Below are positions 1-7,515 of a stretch of DNA of 12,372 bases, one piece after another; position 1 is the first letter of the stretch, and the number at the start of each line of letters is the position of its first letter. Below the pieces are notes generated by a model that saw only the letters and a program-made list of their open reading frames with translations, ran no database searches and was not told the origin of the DNA. A program made the position numbers and the translations under genes. Source of the stretch: Amoeboradix gromovi X-113 (Eukaryota; Fungi; Sanchytriomycota); assembly GCA_018985225.1 (NCBI GenBank), contig JADGIF010000263.1, positions 1 through 12,372 of the forward strand, written 5' to 3'.

Positions 1-489
1 TCCATAAAATTAATAAAGCTGAAATAATGTTCCAAGTTGCTTCAGAAAGTTAGTCTACTTTTTATATTTGATGTCCCATATGCTTTTCATATTTGCTGGA
101 TGAGACGCACAATGATGATATCTTTTGAGGAAGGTTATGTCTTTATCTTCTGGCAGTGGTGATTTGGCTACATTTGACAAAGTACACGAAAGAATATAGT
201 AGTTTTTTTAATTAGTAGCCCCAAAGCCAAGCGTGTAACGATTATATTCATGAAATCACGATAAATTATTTACTTGATTAAATTCGAAACCGATTACTTA
301 ACATTAGCAATAACTATTTAACGTATACAAATTTAGTAAAGCAATCTGGCTATTTTACTTGATCCCTGTAGAATAGTGCGCGACAAAATCGTGCTAAGAA
401 TACTTGTAAGATGGTTATTTCTTACTTTATGAAAGTTCATCTCATCTTAAAATTGATGCGATCGTGTTAAAATTGGTAGTTCAATTTAT

Positions 490-1809
490 TTATTTACTCT
501 TGCTTTCGAAAAAAGTGTAAAGAGAATCAAGAATAAACCTGTAAGCGTCATTCCACTCTAGGTCAGTGCTCTTGTTAAGTCTAGATCTCAAGAACTTTTT
601 GATGTCCTCGAGTGGTAATCCAGATAAATGATAAGCCACTATTCTACGTTTGTTTACAACTTCTTTCCAACTGGCATTCGCTACTTCGAACAAATACTTG
701 TCTCTGTTAGCAAGGCTATCCAGTATTGTGTTAAAATGGCTAGTAATGATTTTTGCATACCAAACGTAATTTTCTGAATTTTCTACCTCCATTTGCTTTG
801 CAAAATATCTGTACCATTTTACAGCACCATAGTCAAATACTGTATCCAAGTTTCTCATAAGCACATCGTTGCAATTTGTCATGTGCCTTACTTTATAAAT
901 CTCTTTAACTCGCTTGTCATAATTCTTGAGGTCCATAATTCCTTTTTTATATTTTCGTTCTCTGGCACTGATCTCTTCGTCCAGCAGCAAATCTAGCAGT
1001 ATCGGTGCTCTGTTCTCTTCGCTAAATTTGCCATCCGGTCCCGGTAACAATATAATGGACAGCAAGTACATCATATTTGAAAGGCCAAGATAGCGTTCCA
1101 CTACATCCAAGTCTGTGTTCCCTCTTTGGGTTTCAGTACCTTGATCTACATAGCGTGTGTACACAGCGTAAGCCATGATGTCCTTCTCTAGCACAGGTTT
1201 GTCAGTTTGATCCAACCTGTTAGAGATATTACTTTTAATTGGTGCTCTATTCATGAGAGTGCTAAGACGCTGGTTGGACTCTGTCTCGAGAACATGAAGA
1301 TGAGGATAGATTGCCTGAATGTAATCGATATTTAATGTGGCATCATCTAAATTGTCTAAAAATGACAGCAAATTCTTGACGGTTACTGGGGATCTGAGCT
1401 TGTCAATTTCCAAAAAATCAGAAATAAAGGCAGGGCCTTTTCCAGCGACTTTATCAACAAGAGTTTTGAATGACTCAAGCCCAAAAGCTTGCTCCAATTG
1501 TTGTTCTGGTAAACTAAGAAGATCGGAGTTTGCAATCTCAGAGATAGCAAACGAATCATCATCAATTTTGTCACATAGTTCACCAAACCAAATCTCGTGA
1601 GTATTACCACTTCCTACGATTTGATCACTTGTAGATTTTAAAAGAAGTTTATAGGGTCGATAGGTTTTCACCGATGCTGTACCAAGAGTGGAAGGTGGCT
1701 CTATCCTTTTCAGTCCTGTTATAAGATGCGGGGGCTGGTAATTCTTATTCAAGCTTGGTGGTGCAAATGCAAGTAGAGGTGATGAGAACGAAGTAGCAAG
1801 TAACAGCAT
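490..1809 (-). CDS. Hypothetical putatively secreted protein, tandem family member 1 (439 aa)
   Basis: Long uninterrupted ORF in AT-rich DNA. N-terminus MLLLATSFSSPLLA|F is signal-peptide-like. AGGAG lies immediately before the ATG and AATAAA overlaps the TAA. Shares ordered blocks with the two neighbouring ORFs (YIQAIYPHL, IMAYAVY, VERYLGLSNMMYLLSI, GAVKWYRYF). No known domain recognised. Confidence 0.85.
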   Translation of the reverse strand: MLLLATSFSSPLLAFAPPSLNKNYQPPHLITGLKRIEPPSTLGTASVKTYRPYKLLLKSTSDQIVGSGNTHEIWFGELCDKIDDDSFAISEIANSDLLSLPEQQLEQAFGLESFKTLVDKVAGKGPAFISDFLEIDKLRSPVTVKNLLSFLDNLDDATLNIDYIQAIYPHLHVLETESNQRLSTLMNRAPIKSNISNRLDQTDKPVLEKDIMAYAVYTRYVDQGTETQRGNTDLDVVERYLGLSNMMYLLSIILLPGPDGKFSEENRAPILLDLLLDEEISARERKYKKGIMDLKNYDKRVKEIYKVRHMTNCNDVLMRNLDTVFDYGAVKWYRYFAKQMEVENSENYVWYAKIITSHFNTILDSLANRDKYLFEVANASWKEVVNKRRIVAYHLSGLPLEDIKKFLRSRLNKSTDLEWNDAYRFILDSLYTFFESKSK

Positions 1810-2153
1810 CTCCTATGTAAACTTTTTGATTTTACCGCTGGTCTTATGGGTAATTAATGTTTCATTGTGACTTTTTAAAACCAATAAGCGTCGGTCATAG
1901 TATTTCCCTTTTTACTCCTCATAGTTATTGTTGATTAGAAAGTGTTGTGAATTCGCAAGAGTTGAACATAAATCCAGAATTTTTATAAGAAATATTTGAA
2001 GCTACTATGATGTGATTTGCATCCACATGATTTACTCTATCAAGGTACCCTAAAATTAGATTTGCAGATAAATTACTGAGGAGTAGCCAACGATTTATTA
2101 TCTTGAAAATAGTACCAATACTCTTTCATCACTTGATTTTCGTCTTTAAATAA

Positions 2154-3371
2154 TTATTTGCTCCCATATAGTCTTGCATTTTCTGTATAAAATTTTCTGA
2201 AAGACAACCAGGTATGTGGATGAAGACTTTTTTCAATCCTTTTATCTAGTATTTCCAAGGTTTGTGCATACGAGTAATCTTTAAATTTGTACACCAATGC
2301 AATCTTTATGGTTGAATTCAGCCTAATGGCCTCATTTATCATTAAGACATTCACTCCTTCCCAATCCCTGATTATTTCATCTCTGTAGTTATCGAACAAA
2401 TATGCAAACCATTCCAAATCTTTTTCATTCCCGGCATTCAACTGGACCAGAAATTCATCGTACCACTTCACGTGACCGTTAAACATTGCATTCATGTTAA
2501 GATTAAAAATCGAGCTCCTTTTAATACTCTCTCTATTGCTAATTACATCTTTCAAACGTAATAAACTTCTCATCTCTTGCACCCTCTTTGATGACTCAAC
2601 AGAGTCCACCGTTAAGATGTACAATAAGTTCAAGATTGTAAGATACTTTTTTATATAAACATCATTGTTATCAAGCGGTAATCCAAATTCGTTTATATCA
2701 CTACACAGGTCTATAGTTGCACTTTTAGTGTTTATTTTAATATCAGATTTCAAAGCATACTTGTACACCACAAATGCAATAAAATTTGGAGTATCTATAT
2801 TACTGCTTACACTGTCATACGACAGCATATCATGCGACAGATCCATCAAAATCTCTTCTTTTTTTACAGAAAGAAATTCCTCAAAATATTGAGATGCTGA
2901 GCGAAAAGAGTTGAAAAAAAAGGGCCACACGACATTAAGGTAACTGACGCCATACAAATTGATATCGCTTAAAAGGAATTCTACCGCATTTTGAGATTTG
3001 CCATATATCTGCAGAAATTGTTGTATCAGAGGATAGCCCATAGTAGTAACTATTTCGGACAAACTCTTGTATGAAAAATGCGGATTAGATTCTATTGAAT
3101 CACGCAGTCTTGCAAGCTTAACTAATCGTTCAAAAGCACTTTGCATTTCCCCATCACAAGTGACTTCACCGTCAGGATTAGCATACAGTTTCCTATCCCG
3201 TAACTGAGATATCGTGTTTGATGGCATTTTAGGCATAACGCCACCGCACCTCTTTAATTTGTGTCCTGGATTTATTGACTGGGGCGCATAGAATATTCCA
3301 TGTTGGCGTGGCGGTTGTGACGTTACCCATGCAGCACTAAAATGTGCAAGCACAAATGAATTTAAAAACAT
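2154..3371 (-). CDS. Hypothetical putatively secreted protein, tandem family member 2 (405 aa from first ATG)
   Basis: The ORF track starts at a TTG (3392). The first ATG is 3371, giving MFLNSFVLAHFSAA|W, preceded by GAGAGGGAGAGGG. Clear paralogy to 3705..4988 (VWPFF/VWPYF, SASQYFEEFLS/TASEYFDNFIS, TPNFIAFVVYK/TPSFLAFVTYK, LYILTVDSVESSKRV/LYILTVDSIDASKRV). Minus-strand AATAAA at 2094-2099. Confidence 0.85.
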   Translation of the reverse strand: MFLNSFVLAHFSAAWVTSQPPRQHGIFYAPQSINPGHKLKRCGGVMPKMPSNTISQLRDRKLYANPDGEVTCDGEMQSAFERLVKLARLRDSIESNPHFSYKSLSEIVTTMGYPLIQQFLQIYGKSQNAVEFLLSDINLYGVSYLNVVWPFFFNSFRSASQYFEEFLSVKKEEILMDLSHDMLSYDSVSSNIDTPNFIAFVVYKYALKSDIKINTKSATIDLCSDINEFGLPLDNNDVYIKKYLTILNLLYILTVDSVESSKRVQEMRSLLRLKDVISNRESIKRSSIFNLNMNAMFNGHVKWYDEFLVQLNAGNEKDLEWFAYLFDNYRDEIIRDWEGVNVLMINEAIRLNSTIKIALVYKFKDYSYAQTLEILDKRIEKSLHPHTWLSFRKFYTENARLYGSK

Positions 3372-3429
3372 CCCTCTCCCTCTCAATTTCAAAACGACAC
3401 CTGCAGCACAAGATTTTAAATAAACAAAT

Positions 3430-3661
3430 GAGACGCACTCTATGAAAACGAGACTACTGTTGAAATTGGGCCGTTAATGTATTCGATGCCATCATCAGTA
3501 CACATGTAAAAGCCGATTAAATCTTTTAAATCAGCATCGTGAGCAACAAAAAATGGTACATAGTCTCGCTTAAAGATGCTATAAATAAACTTGAGAATTG
3601 TAGAGGTACCGCAATTCTTACCTAGATTTACCCCTAGTCTAGAAATCATAGAGTGCGTCCC
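3430..3661. mobile_element. MITE / non-autonomous DNA transposon (232 bp), Sola-like termini, 4-bp TSD AAAT
   Basis: Left end GAGACGCACTCTATGAAAACGAGACTA (3430-3456) versus reverse complement of right end GGGACGCACTCTATGATTTCTAGACTA (3635-3661): 22/27 identical with a perfect 14-bp core GACGCACTCTATGA. Flanked by direct AAAT at 3426-3429 and 3662-3665. Internal inverted copy of CGAGACTA at 3561-3568. No transposase. Confidence 0.75.
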
Positions 3662-3704
3662 AAATCACAAATTATAACATTTATTTAAGAGATTGAGCAC
3701 GGAT

Positions 3705-4988
3705 CTAAAAAGTGTAACCGCTCATCTTCTCGAGTTCTCGCATTTGCTCAAGATAAAATATGGAAAACAACTTCCATTCTTCTCCAGTGAGTTGATCATT
3801 TATCATTTTAAGTATGACTTCTTTGGACTCTTCAACTGATAATGTGAATGAAAGCTCATAAATCTTTTGTAACTTTTCTTTTGCATTTGTACTCAACAAA
3901 GCCTTTTCTACCAAGAATTTGTCCCTTGGTCTTGACCTGCTGTTTTTCACTATAATGAATCTAAACCAGTCCTTGTTCAAGTCAGAGTCTACTGACATAT
4001 TGCTAACGAAGTAGTCAAATAGTTTAATTCTGCCTTCGCCACCATAAGCGCTCTTACTCATTGCAGATAAGTTTTGATAGAGAATGTCGTTTTTATGAAT
4101 TGAATCTCTTTTTTCGAATATTTCACCGAATTTTCCTTCAATTAGATTTATTACTGAAATAACTCTTTTAGATGCATCGATTGAGTCCACAGTCAAAATA
4201 TACAAGATGTCATCAATGGTTAAATGTCTTTCAACCATCGCCTCAGTATGACTGCTTTGTACCAACCCAAAACTATTGCTAGTAGATAAAATGTACACAG
4301 GCTCCAATTTATTAAGGGAGAGGTTGATGTCCTCAACAAGAAATAACTTGTAAGTAACAAATGCTAGAAAACTTGGAGTCAGTGAACCTGGATAAGAGTT
4401 TTTCAGGTCCACTAGCAACATATGCCATTTTTCCGATATAAAGTTATCAAAATATTCACTAGCTGTTGAAATTCTTGCAAAATGTTGGGTGCGTTGACAA
4501 ATCTTATAAAAATACGGCCATACCGTTTGAATGTACTCTGTTTCAAATAGGCTAGGATCATGAAGTAGGAACTTTATTGTTATTGGTAACCTAGACCAGT
4601 AGTAAATATAATAATCTTCATTCACATCCATTTCTAGAAATCTTTTAATCAAACCTGAGTCTCTGAGTCTTAGCAGCTCAGAAAGGTTCGCATAGTTCTG
4701 TTTTTGATCTGCATCTAAATTTGCAAAATCCATTAAATGCGCAAAAATGTCATCGTATAGAATTTCATTGTTTGGCTTACCCAAATTACCATTAGCGTTG
4801 CTTGTCAATAAATGATGAAAAACCCTTTCATTTTTCAAAGCTTTCTCTCGCAATGGAGCCGCGAATGGAATGTTTAAGGGTTTTGAATTCGGATTCATGC
4901 TTTGACCAGTAAGTCGCTGCATACCGTAAGGGCTATGCAAAAAAGCCGATAAACTAGGAATTGAAGAAGACAAACTAATGAAAAACAT
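3705..4988 (-). CDS. Hypothetical putatively secreted protein, tandem family member 3 (427 aa)
   Basis: Uninterrupted ORF with N-terminus MFFISLSSSIPSLSA|F. Paralogous blocks with members 1 and 2. AAGGGG and AGGAG upstream of the ATG. Minus-strand AATAAA at 3680-3685, 19 nt after the TAG. Confidence 0.87.
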   Translation of the reverse strand: MFFISLSSSIPSLSAFLHSPYGMQRLTGQSMNPNSKPLNIPFAAPLREKALKNERVFHHLLTSNANGNLGKPNNEILYDDIFAHLMDFANLDADQKQNYANLSELLRLRDSGLIKRFLEMDVNEDYYIYYWSRLPITIKFLLHDPSLFETEYIQTVWPYFYKICQRTQHFARISTASEYFDNFISEKWHMLLVDLKNSYPGSLTPSFLAFVTYKLFLVEDINLSLNKLEPVYILSTSNSFGLVQSSHTEAMVERHLTIDDILYILTVDSIDASKRVISVINLIEGKFGEIFEKRDSIHKNDILYQNLSAMSKSAYGGEGRIKLFDYFVSNMSVDSDLNKDWFRFIIVKNSRSRPRDKFLVEKALLSTNAKEKLQKIYELSFTLSVEESKEVILKMINDQLTGEEWKLFSIFYLEQMRELEKMSGYTF

Positions 4989-5024
4989 CTTTTACTTCCC
5001 CTTGCTATTTGATCCTTCTCCTCA

Positions 5025-5486
5025 TTAAAAGTCCTGATTTTGTATGATATCAATAATTTCACAGAAAACTAGCAATACCCATTGTCCCATTACATTGGCT
5101 GCTCTTGCTTCCGCTACCCCGAGATGAGAGTAGGCAAGGATATATATAGTACACGCTTCCTTTCTACTTGGAAATAAGAGTTTGTGCTCTAAATTGAAGT
5201 TTTCGGAACACAAACCATTGCACGAGACATTCTCTCTATATCTTGAGGCAATAACATTAATAACAACCTTCTTGGACTCCTGATGCATGTTTGGTTCTTG
5301 AAGTAGCTGAATAAACATCTCTCGTCGAACAAACGACAAGACTAATTTGCGCATAAGAGCTGGTTCTCCAATGCAAGCAACATCTTTTTTGCTCTTGAAT
5401 TTCATCTTGAAGGTCTTTCCAGCAGTACGATTCTCTGCCATAAACTCCCCAAGCAAGAAATGGACAAATGCATCATACAGCTCCAT
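5025..5486 (-). pseudogene. 153-aa ORF, possibly a decayed/truncated fourth member of the tandem family
   Basis: Same strand and directly upstream of member 3. Weak colinear resemblance (ELYDAFVHF ~ ILYDDIFAH; FKSKKDVACIGEPAL ~ FKTLVDKVAGKGPAF; LLQEPNM ~ LLHDPSL). No signal peptide, no AATAAA after the stop, and it ends 36 nt before the next ATG. Similarity judged by eye only. Confidence 0.3.
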
Positions 5487-5688
5487 CCTTGGACCAGTTC
5501 CTGAGTTTGTTCTTTGGAATTGACGTTTTCAGGATCGCGAGGTCTGGCCTCATTTGCATTAGATGAAGGGAAGATCAATTTTTTATGCGGCTAGAATGTC
5601 TATAAATGTAGCATATTGGTGCAATACAACTCATGTAATCACGATAAATGGCCTGTTAATTGAAATTCTTAGCTGTTAATTTTACTAG

Positions 5689-5734
5689 TTTTGCAACAAA
5701 ATTATGGGTGTAATTTTGCTGTAGTGTTGCAAAA
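5689..5734. repeat. Intergenic inverted repeat / hairpin
   Basis: TTTTGCAACAAAATTA-tgggtg-TAATTTTG[CTGTAGTG]TTGCAAAA: 16-bp perfect stem with one 8-nt bulge and a 6-nt loop. Confidence 0.6.
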
Positions 5735-5838
5735 TGCGTAGTAGATGGGTCCTAAGTGGTGGTAGGCAACAGGGAAGAAATACAAACACAATTTATTTAA
5801 ACCTACTTTGTTGAAGATGAGCTCACTAAGTTTATTAT

Positions 5839-7347
5839 TTATGCTAATACTATAACACATGAGACGATCAACACCAAGAAAGTCATAAAAAGGGTAGCCA
5901 AAAACATCAAATCCTTATAATCCGAGAACTCAATCAACTCGCCCTCGATATGCCATTTCTGCGTCTTTAGTATCCTGACTAATGCCATTTTACCCATCAA
6001 TGGGTGTGTCTTTTTTCCGTTCTTTAGTTCAACAGGTATAAGCACTTGATGGTAATACTTGTTGTGGCCCACCAATGCTGGTTTGTTGTTAACTGCCCCC
6101 CATTCTGTAATTAAAACTCTATCAAATATAGCTGATCTAAACTCTGTGAATGTCTGATACGAATTAAACAGAATAGTCATCTTTCTACTCCTTTCTTTTA
6201 TAACTTTTGTATTAATCTTTGGGAGTCTGGCTGCTGGCGTACCAGGTCGGCTGTAAAACTGGGAGATATGAAGAACAGGAAATTGATATTGCTGCACTAG
6301 TGATAGAGAGCTCTCGAATTCAGCATCCGTTTCTGTTGGGAACCCGCATATGATATCCGTAGCAATTGTGATGTTTTTAACGTTTAGGCGAAGAAAGTCA
6401 ACTGTAAACTGAAACTCCTGCCGTGTGTATTCTCTTTTCATTGCATCCAAAACTCTGTTGTTGCCTGATTGTACAGGAATATGAAGAAAAGCGTAAAACT
6501 TTGGATTATTGAGAATATCGGCAATGTCTTGCAGATGTTCTCTAATATACGGTGGATTAGTCATACCCACACGTACCATGACACCACTATCAGGGATAAC
6601 CTTTTCAATTTGCTGCAGCAGCTCAGGCAAAGATGATTTAATGTCTCTGCCATATGTACCTGTATCTTCGCTAGTAAGCCATATCTCAACTACGCCATCC
6701 TTAATCACTTGAACACATCTATCAACAATATCTTGAATAGGATAACTACGAAGATCACCTCTGGCATGCTTAGTTTTACAATAGGTGCATTGGTTTAAAC
6801 AACCGCTGTTTATAGCAATTATTTCTACATATTTGTTCTTTCTAACCTTAGGCAAATGTAGCTTAGACACTGTGCTACTTTCCAATAATTGAACTTGACG
6901 ACCCTGAAGGGTTTCCTCCACAACATGGACAATTTTATCAATTTGGTTAACTCCAATGATACTTTGAGAATAAGACATAGGATCTGCTTGAGTAACACAG
7001 CCAGCTAATACTACACGCTTTCCTTGTAGTTCTGCAGCTGCAATTTCATTTTTAAAAGTCATCTCACTTGGATTTTTAACAGTGCAACTATTTAGCAGCC
7101 ATATGTCAGCAATGTCCTTGTTGTTGGTTATAGTATAGCCTTGCTCCTGCAGCAAACCAAGCATATACTCGCTATCCGACATGTTGTGACTGCAACCCCA
7201 AGTATTTGAATAAATAGTAGCCTGACCTGGAAGGAATTGAGTAGAAGACTGACGACTATCTCTAGACTGCTTGAAACTTGATTTTACGTCATTTGTTTGT
7301 CTTCTTGAGATTGGAGTATCTTTTGAGAAATCTTCAATGTCTAACAT
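5839..7347 (-). CDS. CDKAL1: Threonylcarbamoyladenosine tRNA methylthiotransferase (CDKAL1 / e-MtaB), radical SAM, tail-anchored
   Basis: N-terminal DIED motif. UPF0004 domain cysteines (TWGCSHNMSDSEYM, LLNSCTVK, LAGCVTQ). Radical SAM CxxxCxxC in GCLNQCTYCKTKHARG. Family motifs EIWLTSEDTGTYGRD, RVGMTNPPY, ATDIICGFPTETD, ISQFYSRPGTPAA. TRAM-like region (LVGHNKYYHQVL) and a C-terminal hydrophobic anchor. Confidence 0.96.
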   Translation of the reverse strand: MLDIEDFSKDTPISRRQTNDVKSSFKQSRDSRQSSTQFLPGQATIYSNTWGCSHNMSDSEYMLGLLQEQGYTITNNKDIADIWLLNSCTVKNPSEMTFKNEIAAAELQGKRVVLAGCVTQADPMSYSQSIIGVNQIDKIVHVVEETLQGRQVQLLESSTVSKLHLPKVRKNKYVEIIAINSGCLNQCTYCKTKHARGDLRSYPIQDIVDRCVQVIKDGVVEIWLTSEDTGTYGRDIKSSLPELLQQIEKVIPDSGVMVRVGMTNPPYIREHLQDIADILNNPKFYAFLHIPVQSGNNRVLDAMKREYTRQEFQFTVDFLRLNVKNITIATDIICGFPTETDAEFESSLSLVQQYQFPVLHISQFYSRPGTPAARLPKINTKVIKERSRKMTILFNSYQTFTEFRSAIFDRVLITEWGAVNNKPALVGHNKYYHQVLIPVELKNGKKTHPLMGKMALVRILKTQKWHIEGELIEFSDYKDLMFLATLFMTFLVLIVSCVIVLA

Positions 7348-7515
7348 AATAGTAGGAGTCTTCCAAGGAGAATTTCTGTACCATCCTACAATGCTCTTGG
7401 CAACACAACACCTTGAAAATTACAAATGAGCCCTGGTCAAAATGAGCAAGGGAAGGCAAAACTATTTACAGCAGTTTTGTCGTCACCAAAAATAAAGGAG
7501 GATTCCAAGGAGAAT
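7348..7515. promoter_or_regulatory. Compact bidirectional promoter region with a 20-bp direct repeat at both ends
   Basis: Lies between divergent CDKAL1 and uL2m. AGGAGTCTTCCAAGGAGAAT (7354-7373) and AGGAGGATTCCAAGGAGAAT (7496-7515) match 18/20, each adjacent to a start codon. Confidence 0.55.

Noticed and set aside
1-208. Minus-strand frame YYILSCTLSNVAKSPLPEDKDITFLKRY... resembling a family N-terminus with LKR
   Set aside because: No ATG, in-frame stops follow, and it is truncated by the window edge. Too weak to call a pseudogene without the adjacent sequence.
1913-2085. Inverted repeat TACTCCTCA / TGAGGAGTA
   Set aside because: Only 9 bp and no target-site duplication seen. Compatible with chance or with the common AGGAG motif.
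3440-3649. 69-aa ORF
   Set aside because: Lies wholly within the MITE, starts inside the TIR, and shows no transposase or other motif.
7354-7515. AGGAG as bacterial Shine-Dalgarno / prokaryotic origin of the window
   Set aside because: The genes are eukaryotic (CDKAL1 with tail anchor, RING-H2, presequence-bearing L2 outside any S10 operon), AATAAA signals follow the stops, and the motif occurs in both orientations.
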